Below are positions 14,762 to 23,729 of a stretch of DNA of 64,000 bases, piece after piece. Each line of letters begins with the position of its first letter. Position 1 is the stretch's first letter. The notes beneath the pieces were generated by a model. It made no database searches. It had not been told where the DNA came from and was given only the letters and a program-made list of their open reading frames with translations. The translations under genes were made by a program, and so were the position numbers. The stretch is from the NCBI GenBank assembly GCA_051294905.1, contig CM119372.1:35714001-35778000 (forward strand). The letters run 5' to 3'. Source of the stretch: Botryllus schlosseri. Its lineage: Eukaryota.

Positions 14762-15070
14762 TTTCGGACGGCATATCGATTTGCGTAATCTCTAACTCTA
14801 CCATGAAATCATAACGCATGCTACTAAGGATGACCTGATAATTGATTCGTGGCATAGGGACGATTCTTAGTTCACGTACATTATGTAAAATAATCCTTTG
14901 ATTAAAAAAAAATGAATAAAACATTTGGGATCACATGAACTATACGCCGTCATTTCCCGTACACAGGGAACACGAGTAAAACAATGTATCCCCATGTGCA
15001 TTAATGATCCCCTATGTACGGCCTTTTCTTCAGATGCCTTTTTCTTTTTGCACTCTCTCGAATGTCATTG

Positions 15071-15289
15071 AAAAAGTGCTGACTCAGCGTATTTCTAGTT
15101 ACGAGGTTTGAGTTTTTTCCGTCTACTCCCATTATAGAGAAATTCGCACATCTCCATAATGTACACTTTTCTTGCCTTATAATCTCAGCAGGTATGGGCC
15201 CTTTGTATTCCCTCTATTTTCCAATAAAAAGTGCTGACTCAGCGTATTTCTAGTTACGAGGTTTGAGTTTTTCCCATCTACGCCCATTA
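15071..15289. repeat. Two ~64-bp direct repeats (15071-15134, 15226-15289) containing TGCTGACTCAGC
   Basis: Near-identical AAAAAGTGCTGACTCAGCGTATTTCTAGTTACGAGGTTTGAGTTTTT copies. Confidence 0.85.
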
Positions 15290-15477
15290 CATAAAATACT
15301 TCACTTGATATCTATTACAAACACTGGCTCGTCGGGATTATTTTTGTGTGCCTTATACATATCACAAAGTCACTCAACGATTTACCAATATTACAGCATC
15401 ACGCTTCACTACTTCACTATAGAAAATAGGTATATCCTGTATTTACAACTAATTTTTAAGAACCTAATCTCTAACCT

Positions 15478-15720
15478 TTAAACTCTGTCATTCTCCGTTG
15501 TGTTTCGTATTACTCTTATCGCCATCCATTGCTCTGCTCCGTTTCGTCTCCTCGTGTTCCTCATGCGACTTAAGGTACTACGTCGACGACACTTTATATA
15601 ACTTACCCATGTTACAATCAACGGAGCAATCAACCCTATTACCGCTACTAATTCAGTCACGTTTTCTAGGGTAGGTATCAACTTCGCACCTTCCATAATC
15701 ATCCTATCGATCAAGAACAA
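15478..15720 (-). CDS. Small putative membrane protein with a basic tail
   Basis: LVAVIGLIAPLIVTWVSYI followed by KCRRR and an Arg-rich tail; directly downstream of the protease ORF. Confidence 0.4.
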   Translation of the reverse strand: MFLIDRMIMEGAKLIPTLENVTELVAVIGLIAPLIVTWVSYIKCRRRSTLSRMRNTRRRNGAEQWMAIRVIRNTTENDRV

Positions 15721-15749
15721 TCCTCATACCTTATATTCACCTTCCATCA

Positions 15750-18113
15750 TCACCAGTCGTGCAGCCGTTGAGTATAGTTGTAGTCAACGAATTCTGTGGC
15801 TATCTTCTCCACGGTGGTTCTTGATAGTCGGGGACATTCAGGTACGGATGTTCCCACCCCTGGGTTTTTCTGCCCAGACAGTGGCAATGCGTCAACCGTT
15901 GTTGACGTCAAGGTAATGGTCATCAGCTCGACACTACTCGTGAATACGTCGTCCTTGTCGTCTCCTGATGAATACAAAATGGACGTTTCGGCACCTACCT
16001 TATTGCCGTCATCCATAGTTAGGTAGTGCGTTCCGATGCCGCTCCCGCCGTCATCCGTGAAGTTCTGCAGAGCGTCCGTAGTGGTAACCGGATGCACTGA
16101 CGTTTCTCTAGGCATTTCCACCATGATTTTCGTCATTCCGTCGGTTTGGTTTCGCGCGCGACGAGTTTGCAACTGTTGCTTCCCATGAGTCGCATCAGTT
16201 GGTTTGACATTTTCATTTTGTCCCCTTATTTTAACCATCGATCTTAATCGTTTAAAGGTTTTCGTCAGTTTTAGTTTTACAAAGCATGTCCACAGGTTTA
16301 ACAACAGTAACCGGTGTGGCCTCTTCCAGTTTTCTTTCTTCAAATCTAAGAGGGAGAGTACTTCTCTTCCTTGGGCTTCTTTCAATGCCTTCGCCTGGCC
16401 CTCCCCCTTCAAATTACAAGGTCCAGATACAAATGGTTTGGTCGAAGGGTCCTTAAGTTCGATGCCGCATCTGTATGCCATGGCGTGTGAGTAGCCGAGG
16501 TGACCACGCAGGTCCTCGAGTTCGGACGCAAACGGCGCGTAGAAGGCTTTCCAGACTTCATCAGAAATAATGGTATTTTCTGGAGTCGTCAGGTCAGGAG
16601 GTTTGTACGGGAGTTTGGCCAGCGCTACATATTGTACACAAATATCTTCAAGTTCCGTCATGACGCTTGAGTTAGTGTCTTTATGCAAAACATACGCAGT
16701 AACTGGTCCAGTCATGGGCTGGTGTGAGCCTCGTGATGATCGAGGTTTTGGTGTTGGTGGAGAGAGGGCGAGGTCCCTCGATGTAGGCCTCTGATCTCGG
16801 CGCGTGCCCGCGCCTACCGTCACGCCGATGGACTCCTTTTCCGCCGGGGACCCTATTTCTGGGGTGACGTGCATCTTAAAATCCCCAGACTCCTTGTCGG
16901 ACATGACTGGGCGTGTATCCGGTTGACCGGCAATAGCTGCTTTGTTTGAACCTTCTGGGAAAGTAATCATAACTGTGGCTGTCGTCATGCATCTATGGGC
17001 CGAATCATTACAGTTATTCGGACAAGTGCATCCACGAGAGCATTTAGGACCAGTTTTCTCGTGCAGGTCCTTATTTACGCCAGCGGACATTCCACGCTCG
17101 ACGTCAGCTGTAGTTGTCGCCATGCATCTATGGGCCGAAGTTCTGCAGTTCTTCGGACAAGTGCATCCGCGAGAGCTTTTGGGACCAGTTTTCTCGTGCA
17201 GGTCTGTATTTACGCCAGCGTGCATTCCACGCTCGACGTCAGCTGTAGTGGTCGCCATGCATCTATGGGCCGGATTTTTACATTTATCCGGACAAGTGCA
17301 TCCGCGAGAGTTTTTGGGACCAGTTTTCTCGTGCAGGTCCTTATCTACGCCAGCGGGCATTCCGCGCTCGACGTCTTCATTAACGGTGTCAGCAGGCATT
17401 CCTGCCTCGACACCAACAGTTTTCCATAGGTTCTGGGTGACGTTAGTTGTGATTTTCAACTCGTCGTTCGCACCAGTGGTGATTTCCATTTTGGTACTCG
17501 CGCCAGCGGTAATTTTCCGCTTCACGCTATCTTGGTTTGCAGCATCCATCAACCCATCGTCGATTGCAGTGTAGCTAATACCGCTTTCGACTTCGGTTCC
17601 CTTCCATTGATTGCACGGGTTCTCATCATGTAGTGTTACTAAAGACAACTCTCCATTTGCGTTAGACGGGGTTTTCAATTCCGTAACTATGCTTGGTAAT
17701 TGTTGGACTCGATCAATCCATTTTAAGCCAATTACATTGAGAGGGACTCCTTTCCCGGTCGCAAATGGAACCGGTAGTTCGTCAAAATCAATTACAACCA
17801 ATGAGTCAACGTGGGAGGAGCCCCCTATACCACGTAACTTCATATCTGAAGGTTGCCGTTCCTCCCAGCTCTTTGGATACATGGCTTTTACGATATTTTT
17901 CATAATTAGATTAGGTAGGCTTCCCGTGTCGGCCAAAAATGTCGTACCGGTTGTTGAATCAGTCAAGTACAAAAGCCGACCGCCGAATAACTCCGTGAAG
18001 TCTGGCTGTAGAGGGTTATCCGGTGTATTAAGGGGTAGAGAAGCGTTATGAACAATCTTTGCGGGTTGGGGTAATAAATTTTCTGGGAGCTGATTTACCG
18101 GATCAATCAGCAC
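15750..18113 (-). CDS. pol: Retropepsin-type protease / internally deleted pol, probably expressed by -1 frameshift from gag
   Basis: FLADTGS active site, LRGIGG flap, VIGLKWI motif; IELKDPSTKPF resembles the segment preceding RT, but no YxDD, RNase H or integrase motifs follow. Confidence 0.8.
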   Translation of the reverse strand: MLIDPVNQLPENLLPQPAKIVHNASLPLNTPDNPLQPDFTELFGGRLLYLTDSTTGTTFLADTGSLPNLIMKNIVKAMYPKSWEERQPSDMKLRGIGGSSHVDSLVVIDFDELPVPFATGKGVPLNVIGLKWIDRVQQLPSIVTELKTPSNANGELSLVTLHDENPCNQWKGTEVESGISYTAIDDGLMDAANQDSVKRKITAGASTKMEITTGANDELKITTNVTQNLWKTVGVEAGMPADTVNEDVERGMPAGVDKDLHEKTGPKNSRGCTCPDKCKNPAHRCMATTTADVERGMHAGVNTDLHEKTGPKSSRGCTCPKNCRTSAHRCMATTTADVERGMSAGVNKDLHEKTGPKCSRGCTCPNNCNDSAHRCMTTATVMITFPEGSNKAAIAGQPDTRPVMSDKESGDFKMHVTPEIGSPAEKESIGVTVGAGTRRDQRPTSRDLALSPPTPKPRSSRGSHQPMTGPVTAYVLHKDTNSSVMTELEDICVQYVALAKLPYKPPDLTTPENTIISDEVWKAFYAPFASELEDLRGHLGYSHAMAYRCGIELKDPSTKPFVSGPCNLKGEGQAKALKEAQGREVLSLLDLKKENWKRPHRLLLLNLWTCFVKLKLTKTFKRLRSMVKIRGQNENVKPTDATHGKQQLQTRRARNQTDGMTKIMVEMPRETSVHPVTTTDALQNFTDDGGSGIGTHYLTMDDGNKVGAETSILYSSGDDKDDVFTSSVELMTITLTSTTVDALPLSGQKNPGVGTSVPECPRLSRTTVEKIATEFVDYNYTQRLHDW
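16975..17375 (-). repeat. Three in-frame 135-bp (45-aa) Cys/His repeats
   Basis: CATGCATCTATGGGCC recurs at 16986, 17121 and 17256; peptide motif CTCPxxCxxxAHRC. Confidence 0.95.
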
Positions 18114-18128
18114 CCCCAGTCGTTTTTT
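18083..18128 (-). promoter_or_regulatory. Programmed -1 ribosomal frameshift signal (A AAA AAC plus stem-loop)
   Basis: Gag frame reads TCA AAA AAC GAC TGG GGG TGC TGA; the -1 frame is the protease ORF; downstream GGGGTGCTGATT can pair with AATCAGCTCCC. Confidence 0.85.
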
Positions 18129-20968
18129 GAGAGTCTCAACCCTTGTTCAAGTTCCTCATCCGTCCAGTGTGAGGCGTCATAGTGACGTGGCGGGCGTCGA
18201 AATAGCGGTTCCGTCCAGGCCACTTGGCTATTGCTTTGATTTGGCTGTGCAGACGGTCCCTGAGGACCCCATTGATCCTTATCATGCCAGTGAGTTCTAT
18301 CTCTATTTTTTGGCCTAGTGTCATAATAGGCTTCGCACAAGGCAGTTCTCTGTGTCAGCGAGGGAGAGCCTTGGGTGGCAAGGTATCGGTCGAGGTCCGG
18401 GACCGTCAGTATGTTATTCCTCGCAAGCAAAGGCCCCCAATCACGTTCAGCGGACTCCTTAACGCGAGTAGGTATTGGTTGTACTCGCTTGCGAACTACC
18501 CATCCCAAGGTATCATTCTTGGTAAGCACCTCCTCATTTAGCCGAAGTATGAATTTTGCCACGCAATTTCGGGATTGGTGTCCCGGGGCCTTACAGCAAA
18601 AACATACGGATAAGGACTGCCCCTGAGGAGGTTTCAGATATAAGCCTAGAGGGGCGAAGATGTTTGGGTTCCCAAGAAAATTATATCTCTCCCCTTGGCT
18701 CTCCGCGATGCGGAGGGCTTCCTGACTGCTTGATGGTGTGATTTCCTGGCCACCCCTGCCGATCCCAGAGTCCTGCGTCTTCGTCAGTTGAGGTGTCCGG
18801 TTCCAAGTACTTGGTCCCTGACTAGGTTGAGAAGACCTGGAGTTTCGCGTTGGTGTAACGTTGAGTCCATTCGATGCGTTGCGCACGTTTTGTGGTCGGG
18901 CAGGTTTAGCCCTGGGAGTCGGACCACGTCTGCCGAACCCATTGCCACTCATAACGTTGGTAAAAAAACGGTTGGTCTTGGTGCCGCGAGGAGGGTTACG
19001 TCGTGGCTGTGAAGCTTGCCCGACACCGACGAGCTGCCGTGGCCACATTTCCCCAGACGGTTCGGGTGGTGTCCCTCCGATCATGTGTAGAGGTGGTTTA
19101 GGTGAGGATGGTTGCACCATCAGAGGTGGTGTTATAATCGGTGGGGGAGGGGTGTTCAGTCGTCCATCTTCACTCCCGTGAGTAGGGTAACTGTGCATCA
19201 TGGGTCCTGCAGGCTGAACATAATATATGTGCACAGGTGGTAGGGGTGACATTGTCTTTCTGACCTCCCGAGAGGTGGAACGTACCTCTTGTTCATCCAA
19301 GAACTCAGAATTCCAGTACAGCTGTAAATCCTCCGCCACCTCTTGCCAAGACCTGCTATCCCATCCCCGCATCAGCAGCCTAAGTGCTTCTGGTAATCGT
19401 TGTCTTAGGTTGCGGAAGAGTCGCAGCCCATCCGGATTCTCTTTGATTTCAGCCTCCATATCTATCTCTAGTTGTTTTAGGGCACTATTCAACAGCGGAA
19501 GAGGTTCGTCTTCCCACTGATAATTCCTCCGGAAATCGTTGATGACCTTTTCATTGTTAACCAAGCCTTGCGGGTTGGATAGCGACAATGATTTCATGAC
19601 CGAGACCCATTTTGCATTTCCCGAGTTGGTATTGAAGAAATTCCCCAGCTGATTAGCTTGTTTGAGGCGACCTGCACTCCGCAACTTCTTCTGCATGGCA
19701 TTGGCCAGGATTATATCTGTATCGGTGTCGCCCTCGCCGTGTCGTATTCGTCTCATCGTATTAGCCATCCACTTTAGAAGGGGCATATCCCCTGGGTCCA
19801 TCATTAGCTGTAGCATCTCCTTTTCCGACTGGAACCTTTCGGGCGTAGTCAACACCGGGTTCACGGCATCATTCCGTGGTTGACCTCGCGGAAGTCTCGA
19901 CCTTCCTTCGCTTTCTCTTGGGGTAGATGCGTATCGAGGTAATCTGAGGTATTCAGAGATGTTTGACATATTCTCTTCGGGTTCGGTTGGGTTGGGCTGA
20001 CCAGAGTCTCGCTGAAGCGTCCGTGTGGTCTCCCGAATGGCCTCCCGTGCCGCCGCTATTTTCCTACCCAATCTGTCCAATTGGGCATCAGTATCTTCCC
20101 CCGAGTCGTCAGGGTCCTCGCCTCCGTCTTGTCGGTAGTTCGTTCTCCCTTCTTGAAAGGTAACGCGCCTCGTTGCACTGCCGGCCTCACCTTGTGTCCT
20201 GGCCCGGGTTCTCTCGGCGGTTCGTTGAACGTCGGTCCATGCCCCGAGCCGCTTTCGAGCGTGTGCATAGCCGTCGTCTGAATCGGTGACGGTCCCGTTT
20301 TCACTTAGCCGGAATAGACTGGGTGTATCGACTAGGTTCCCCCTTCGTCGTTCGGGGCGTGTCCCATTCCGAACCGGTAAACATGGAGTCGTTCCTGGAC
20401 GAGAATCAGATAGTGAATTCGGCTTGGAACCTGGCAACGCAGGGTAGACTGCCGTCACGGTATGGCAATCCAGGCCCTTCTGAACTGTAAGCGTGGGCAG
20501 GGGCGCTGTTGCCCTGGACGATTGCCCAACGAGCGGATCATACGCCGGTGGAGGTACTGTAGACATTACGGACAGAGAGGAAGGTGGCGGTGGTTTATCC
20601 CCAACCACTTGTGCATGGGCTTTGCCCAGCTCAAATTCTGATTTCAAGATCTCACTGAGGACGTCAGTGGAGACTTTCCCGCTGACCTTCGAAGTGGCAT
20701 CGCATACTGCTTTGAGGTGGACTTGAGCTCGCCTGCCTTCTTTCTTGGCCTTTTCCAGCCCTTTTTTTGTCTCGGGCAGAGTTGATTTGACTTCTTTTAG
20801 TACCTTTGTTTGATCAGCCACGTCTTTTGCCAGCTGTCTTTCTTGTTGTCTGACGTCTTCATGGCGTTTTTGCGTTGCTTTCAGCAGCTTGATACCCTGC
20901 TCGAGCTCGTCAGCCGCCTCTGACAGCTTCTTTTTCTTCTTCCTAAAAAATTTTAGCATTCTTCGCAT
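18107..20968 (-). CDS. gag: Gag-like polyprotein, 953 aa
   Basis: Uninterrupted ORF; CX2CX4HX4C knuckle (CFCCKAPGHQSRNC); probable helical capsid-like middle region; N-terminal RKKKKK and coiled coil; overlaps the protease ORF. Confidence 0.85.
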   Translation of the reverse strand: MRRMLKFFRKKKKKLSEAADELEQGIKLLKATQKRHEDVRQQERQLAKDVADQTKVLKEVKSTLPETKKGLEKAKKEGRRAQVHLKAVCDATSKVSGKVSTDVLSEILKSEFELGKAHAQVVGDKPPPPSSLSVMSTVPPPAYDPLVGQSSRATAPLPTLTVQKGLDCHTVTAVYPALPGSKPNSLSDSRPGTTPCLPVRNGTRPERRRGNLVDTPSLFRLSENGTVTDSDDGYAHARKRLGAWTDVQRTAERTRARTQGEAGSATRRVTFQEGRTNYRQDGGEDPDDSGEDTDAQLDRLGRKIAAAREAIRETTRTLQRDSGQPNPTEPEENMSNISEYLRLPRYASTPRESEGRSRLPRGQPRNDAVNPVLTTPERFQSEKEMLQLMMDPGDMPLLKWMANTMRRIRHGEGDTDTDIILANAMQKKLRSAGRLKQANQLGNFFNTNSGNAKWVSVMKSLSLSNPQGLVNNEKVINDFRRNYQWEDEPLPLLNSALKQLEIDMEAEIKENPDGLRLFRNLRQRLPEALRLLMRGWDSRSWQEVAEDLQLYWNSEFLDEQEVRSTSREVRKTMSPLPPVHIYYVQPAGPMMHSYPTHGSEDGRLNTPPPPIITPPLMVQPSSPKPPLHMIGGTPPEPSGEMWPRQLVGVGQASQPRRNPPRGTKTNRFFTNVMSGNGFGRRGPTPRAKPARPQNVRNASNGLNVTPTRNSRSSQPSQGPSTWNRTPQLTKTQDSGIGRGGQEITPSSSQEALRIAESQGERYNFLGNPNIFAPLGLYLKPPQGQSLSVCFCCKAPGHQSRNCVAKFILRLNEEVLTKNDTLGWVVRKRVQPIPTRVKESAERDWGPLLARNNILTVPDLDRYLATQGSPSLTQRTALCEAYYDTRPKNRDRTHWHDKDQWGPQGPSAQPNQSNSQVAWTEPLFRRPPRHYDASHWTDEELEQGLRLSKNDWGC

Positions 20969-21012
20969 AATTTATGTAAATTTTGATTGTCTGTATATTA
21001 GTTCCGTGCCTT

Positions 21013-21462
21013 TTACTGGCCAGGGTAAGTACCGTTCTGAGGTAAATTACTCACGGACGTGGTTGTGTTGTCCCCGATCACTCGTCCTTGCGTCGTGGGT
21101 ACGGAATGTCTTATAAAGATAACCGGGTCAGTTCTGTTGGTGATTACCACAGCAAATCCGTTATGTGGGACATGTAGTAGTTCGGTCGTTGTAGTGACGT
21201 CGTCAGAGAGACCTTCAGGAGTCTTCGTAGGATAGAATACCGGCGCAAGGTGTGCGTAGATCGATGCCAATATTATAAGCAGAGATATAACAGAAGTGAC
21301 TACCGTCACACTGAGCACAATTCTCACGAGGGTCGTCCTTGAGAATATCAAAAGGTCAATGTTTTTACACCGGAAGTATCCCAGTGGTGCCTCCATTTGT
21401 GTCTTTATAGTGCAGCTCCATAACGATTGGTATGCGAGTCGTCTACACTTGGTTCGGATCAC
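21013..21462 (-). CDS. Putative small membrane protein upstream of gag
   Basis: Long hydrophobic run LVRIVLSVTVVTSVISLLIILASIYA, Thr-rich tail with NRT/NTT/NGT sequons; start codon uncertain. Confidence 0.4.
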   Translation of the reverse strand: MIRTKCRRLAYQSLWSCTIKTQMEAPLGYFRCKNIDLLIFSRTTLVRIVLSVTVVTSVISLLIILASIYAHLAPVFYPTKTPEGLSDDVTTTTELLHVPHNGFAVVITNRTDPVIFIRHSVPTTQGRVIGDNTTTSVSNLPQNGTYPGQ

Positions 21463-21780
21463 TTCACGGCGAAGAATTGAACTTTTATTGCACTGTACTG
21501 TCCAGACGACGTCCGTGGACGTTGATTGAAGTAGCAGTAGTTGCAGTAGTGGTATCTTTCAGCATCAGACAATGACCCTTAGGTCCAGAGTTCTAAACTA
21601 GCCTTATATAACGTGTAATTAGGCCTTAATACAACCAAATACTCCAATCATTATCATGCAGACAGAATGAGGTATCTAAGCAAAACTCGGTTAATATTGG
21701 CATATAGAATATCCATCAAATATAACACAAGATAAAGCTTAAACCTATTCATTTTCATGCACGATTAAATGTATTTTAAA

Positions 21781-22007
21781 TACTCCAAGGTTTGTTTTCG
21801 CATATAAACTATGCGACGGCCTTTCCTGCCGAAGTGGTATCTTTCAGGGTTTGTTAACACATGATTAATGTGACGGCCTTTCCTGCCGAAAAATAGCTCA
21901 TAGGTTTGTTTACACATATAATGCATGTGACGGCCTGTCCTGCCGTAAAGCAGCTCCAAGGTTAGTTTACACATATAATGCATGTGACGGCCTGTCCTGC
22001 CGTAAAG
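21781..22007. repeat. Four ~57-bp tandem units, each with two hairpins (putative structured RNA)
   Basis: CGCAT..ATGCG versus CACAT..ATGTG compensatory stem, then A, then invariant CGGC-CTKTCCT-GCCG hairpin. Confidence 0.85.
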
Positions 22008-23729
22008 TTCATTTATGACATATCGCTACATTGTACACCATTCAATCACAATAGTCATGCACGAACTAATGTTTTCTGTTATATCTCTGGGTTCCTTTAG
22101 TATCGGTGTGTATAAGCTTTTTATTCATTCGTATGTACCGTGTCTCACAAACAATAGATTTGATTTACCACGAATCTTTAACTCTACACATGCTCCAATA
22201 AGGTAGAGGTTCCTAGCTTAGTCTAAGGGTGCGTAGCTAGTTATAACGCATAACTCCGGGAGGTTCCAACATTAAGGACTTTGTATCGTTGACCCGATTA
22301 ACATGGCCATATGCCAATTAAAGTGCACTTGTTGATACTACCCTTAACAAAGGTGTTGCTTATTCGAACACTGTTAGATACCCAGGGTCCCTTTCACGGG
22401 TTTCTGGAGAAATCCCTAACCATTTCTAATCCTAAACTTCTATCCCGCTAGGGTGAAGGGTCCCGACACTAATATAGGGCGTGGTCGGTGTATAACGCCT
22501 AATTAAAGCCTACAGGCGTAGTACTCGCTATAATGTTACTGTAGTAACAACCAATTATTCACACAATAAATGTTCACTAACCCATACACATATCTACGAC
22601 ATAAAATGTTAGCGCCATTTTAAAGCAACCTGATGGTATTGATCAAAGATACAGTAAAGGCAGTGCTTAAACAAAATGGCGTCACTATACAATATTACAT
22701 CAAAGTAACCCTCACATGAAAATACCAATGTCCTGTTATGACTCGCGCGTCTCGTCATCATGCCGCAGATTGATTCATGTCGTTGTTCGTCAACCGCATC
22801 TTCTCCGATCTCCGTCATGGTATGTTCAGGACATATTTGGCAACCGTTCGTTGGGGTACTTCGTCTCGTGCATCTATTTCGAAACCGATTTCTTCAACTC
22901 CCTTGCTGATGAAACGATTCTTCTGCGTATCTCTTCTTGATTTTGCAGCCATCTTGATCGTCTCTTCCCACCGTTATCTTTAACGTGAATTTTTGCGGGC
23001 TCTGTTTGGCACGTTCCAACCTTTGGTTCACTGGTCCTTGCTGAGCAGTGATTTTTAGTGCCGGATTTCTTCTTATTTCTTCTATTTCACTTCATTAAGC
23101 CCTAGATTCTATCGAGGGAAGCAGTTTTTCGGGACTGTCGAATAGTAATTTTATAGTTGGTACCACCAAGTCGTTTTTTAATGCCAATAGAATGTCCAGT
23201 CCATCTCGATATTCTCATGCCATTTCATCACTCCACCCAGTCTTATTATGGTCTTATTGAGAGCAAGTCATTAAGTTCTCGGCATGTTTTCCAGACGCTC
23301 TTCTTGTCATACAAGTTTTAGATACACTCGATGCGCACAGAGAGAACATTAAAACACACACATATCAGAATTTCGCGTCATTTGCTATCGTAACGTTGTC
23401 ACAATACAATAATTCGCATGCACGTACTGATCACGGTGCCATAAGTGCACTCGTAAGACACATCCATTTCGTGAAACGAATGTGCAAACAAGGCGGGTCT
23501 TATTCTAATGTCATACTCAATCATCGACACATCAGTTTCGAAAAACGAATGTGTGGACAAGTTCAACCATGGGTTACTTTTCTAAGGTCTTTATTTTAGC
23601 AGTACTGGCTTGAGGTATTCCTAATGTTATAGGCCTATTATTTCCGGTTATAATGTTCATTTTTATTCAACTTATGTAGTTCCATAGCCATTCACGACGT
23701 AGCTACGTTGTAAATCGCTATGGTAGTGA

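Noticed and set aside
16942..18051. Plus-strand ORFs of 144-210 aa
   Set aside because: Antisense shadows of the protease ORF and its in-frame repeats
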